Source of the DNA: Alphaproteobacteria bacterium
Lineage (GTDB): Bacteria > Pseudomonadota > Alphaproteobacteria > Rhizobiales > CAJQND01
Length of the DNA stretch: 64,000 bases
Assembly (NCBI GenBank): GCA_024227565.1
Contig: JAAEUE010000333.1
Location: forward strand, 10,893 to 74,892
Reading direction: 5' to 3'
In this document: positions 61,797 through 64,000 of the stretch, piece by piece
Layout of the letters: the number at the start of each line of letters is the position of its first letter
Position numbering within the stretch: position 1 is the stretch's first letter
Made by a program: the position numbers and the translations under genes
Notes under the pieces: model-generated
What the model was told of the DNA's origin: nothing
Database searches by the model: none
Seen by the model: only the letters and a program-made list of their open reading frames with translations

Positions 61797-62143
61797 GATG
61801 TAACTCCCTGCTGCCCCGGTCTTTGAAAAATAAGATCCTCAAAACAGTCGGCTGCCACCTCACCACCTAGACTGCAGGTTTACGCTAAGTGAAAGTTTTG
61901 CCGGATCAACGGCTTCAAGTAGTACAAACGCACTATCGCGGATAATTGAGTTAAGGGGTCTTTTGGCACTGTCCAGAACAAGCAAGATCTTGGTCAAAAT
62001 TGTTACGCTAATTGCAATGATCGGTACTTGGCAGCGCCTATTGATACAGAGCACCTATTGGTATACTTTTTAATTTGCGTTGGGGGTTGTTGGCTGGGCA
62101 TTTGTGAAGACGCAAGTTTTTTCGAATTCAAGAGCAGCTGCTT

Positions 62144-63196
62144 TTGGCAGCAGGCGGTGAGTTGCCGTTTACACGGGTGCTGGACACCGTGATCTCCGCC
62201 TTCGATGGGGCTGGCGGCGTTGTCTTCGAGCTCAACCGGAAAAATGGCGCCATCTCGAACTGGTGCGGCAATGGCCTGGAAGCCGGTGAAGATGAGTACA
62301 TCGGACACATCAACGCGATCAATCCACGCATGCACTATTCAATGCGCCACGCGCCAGGTCACCTTTGCTACGAAGGCAAGTTCATTGATGACCGAAGCAT
62401 GGACCGTCATGAGTTTTACAGCTGGTTGTCGGACGTTGAACAGTTTCGCTACTTCATCGGCTCAAGGGTCTATGATGACGGTGACGTATCACTGTTCAGT
62501 TCCGTTGAGTTTGTGCAGAAGCAAGGGCATGCGGAGACGGAGAAAATTGAAGCGTTTCGCCGAATCGCGCCATCGATCGGAAATGCCTGGAGGATCGCCA
62601 AGCGGAGTGCAAACGGCAGTGATGGAACAGAACCATATTCCTGGACCCCGGACCATCTGCCTTGGTCGATATTTGCCGTAGATTTGAATACGAGCATCGT
62701 TCAGATGAACAACTCTGCTCGGCAACTGTTCGACGCGGGGAAAGTGCTGTGTGTAGAAGATGGCACGCTGCACCCCAAGGATCGCCAGGCACGCGTCAGG
62801 TTTGAACAGGCGATGATCCAGGCAATGAGGGGCGTAACGTCGGAGACATTGTTGTCATCGGGCAATGGGGCGCCTCCACTGGTTGCGCAATTCTTGCCGG
62901 TCAATCCGAGCCGTCTGGCCCATCCATCCCCCGTTTCGGTTTTAATGTATGTGTGGGACCCGCTGGAAAATGCAGGTGGGCTTGGCGGAGCGCTTGAGCG
63001 TTTGTATGGCTTGACGGCTGCGGAGGCTCAGCTCGCTGAACAGTTGGCGACAGGTGCTGAACTAAGCAGCGCGGCCGCATCCTTGGGAATATCGCGCAAC
63101 ACGGCACGCAACCATCTTCAACAGGTGTTTGCAAAGACCGGCACCCACCGACAGGGCGAGTTCCTCACCCGCATCATGGGCGTTCTACGGGACTGA
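62144..63196 (+). CDS. LuxR/CsgD-type HTH regulator with N-terminal sensory (GAF/PAS-like) region
   Basis: YGLT.AEA.LA..LA.G, AA..LGIS.NTARNHL..VF.KTG..RQ. The start is uncertain. Confidence 0.85.
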   Translation: MAAGGELPFTRVLDTVISAFDGAGGVVFELNRKNGAISNWCGNGLEAGEDEYIGHINAINPRMHYSMRHAPGHLCYEGKFIDDRSMDRHEFYSWLSDVEQFRYFIGSRVYDDGDVSLFSSVEFVQKQGHAETEKIEAFRRIAPSIGNAWRIAKRSANGSDGTEPYSWTPDHLPWSIFAVDLNTSIVQMNNSARQLFDAGKVLCVEDGTLHPKDRQARVRFEQAMIQAMRGVTSETLLSSGNGAPPLVAQFLPVNPSRLAHPSPVSVLMYVWDPLENAGGLGGALERLYGLTAAEAQLAEQLATGAELSSAAASLGISRNTARNHLQQVFAKTGTHRQGEFLTRIMGVLRD

Positions 63197-64000
63197 GACC
63201 CGCTCAGCGATTGCCACGATCCGGTGCATCTCGCGTAGCACTGGTTTTTCGATCAACTTTCCATCGATCACCACCAGGCCCGTATCGGCCTCCTCGAAGG
63301 TCTCAATGATGCGCCGCGCCCGGGCAATCGCCGCTTCGTCCGGAGTGAACACCGTGTTGAGCGCGCCAATCTGTTTGGGATGGACCGAACCCTTGCCACT
63401 GAACCCCAAATCCCGTGCGAGCGTGGCTTCGCGAACCATTCCATCCATATCGTCCAGATCCAGGAAGGGAACATCGATCACATCCAGCCTCGCGCCGGCG
63501 GCGGCATGCACCACTCTTGAACGCGCATAGAGCAGGGGCTCCCACGCGTTCTGGCAGCGCAGTTCGGCGGCCATGTCGACCCCGCCAAAGAACAACGCCT
63601 CGATCCGGCTGCTCGACCGGGCAATCTCGTGCACTGCCTCAAGCCCGGCATTGGTTTCGATGATGATGTGCAACCGTGTTGGGTGGCCGCGCTCGGTGAG
63701 CAGATCATCGAGCCAGACGATCTCATCGGGCGTGCGCACCTTAGGCAGCATCAGTGCCGGCGGCGGCGTGTCCGTTGTCAGGACCGCATCCACATCGGCC
63801 AGGCCAAACCGGTCACGCAAGCAGTTGATGCGCACGATGCGTTCAACCCCATCATCGGCTTGGGGCGTTTCGAACAACGCCAACGCCTTTTCGCGGGCCT
63901 CTTCTTTGTCCTTGGGGGCGATGCCGTCTTCCAGCTCAACGCAAACAATATCCGTGCCCGAAGCCAGCGCCTTGGGGAACATGTCTGGCCTGAGCCCGGG
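63185..64000 (-). CDS. HpcH/HpaI/CitE family CoA-ester lyase (citryl/citramalyl/malyl-CoA lyase-like), 5'-truncated
   Basis: ELEDGIAP..K, VRIN, LPKV, IET..G, D..AEL, GK..HP.QI and G.LIE.P. The frame runs off the window end. Confidence 0.88.
   Translation of the reverse strand, partial: PGLRPDMFPKALASGTDIVCVELEDGIAPKDKEEAREKALALFETPQADDGVERIVRINCLRDRFGLADVDAVLTTDTPPPALMLPKVRTPDEIVWLDDLLTERGHPTRLHIIIETNAGLEAVHEIARSSSRIEALFFGGVDMAAELRCQNAWEPLLYARSRVVHAAAGARLDVIDVPFLDLDDMDGMVREATLARDLGFSGKGSVHPKQIGALNTVFTPDEAAIARARRIIETFEEADTGLVVIDGKLIEKPVLREMHRIVAIAERVSVP

Noticed and set aside
57907-61803. Chain of long plus-strand ORFs opposite the RTX gene
   Set aside because: They are Ser/Pro/Leu-rich antisense shadows produced by the Gly/Asp/Asn codon repeats of the real minus-strand gene.
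1-64000. Mobile elements, prophage, tRNA or rRNA
   Set aside because: I saw no transposase, integrase or phage motifs, terminal inverted repeats or recognisable structural RNA genes, and composition looks uniform by eye.

Overview
This is a gene-dense window of roughly 60% GC that looks alphaproteobacterial (Hyphomicrobiales-like) and chromosomal, with about 58 CDS. I found no rRNA, tRNA, CRISPR array, transposase, integrase or phage genes. Housekeeping content includes gltBD, galU/galE, a lytic transglycosylase, threonine aldolase, PanE and a CitE-like lyase. The most notable loci are: (1) a pteridine reductase-folB-glycosyltransferase operon whose glycosyltransferase resembles cyanobacterial tetrahydrobiopterin glucosyltransferases, suggesting pterin-glycoside synthesis; (2) a ~12 kb Wzx/Wzy exopolysaccharide cluster with UDP-xylose synthase and a Tat-exported GH10 xylanase; (3) a two-subunit aconitase X in an operon with an S9 peptidase and threonine aldolase; (4) a solitary ectoine synthase paired with an amidinotransferase-superfamily gene broken by one in-frame TAG, next to an AraC gene and a nitrilase gene that both carry internal deletions; (5) a cytoplasmic, eukaryote-like SELENBP1/methanethiol oxidase homologue with a cupin, a ferredoxin and a CoA-binding protein; and (6) a 1370-aa RTX protein. 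Clear palindromic operators sit upstream of gltB and in the TetR divergon. All family assignments come from motif recognition by eye; no database searches were run.
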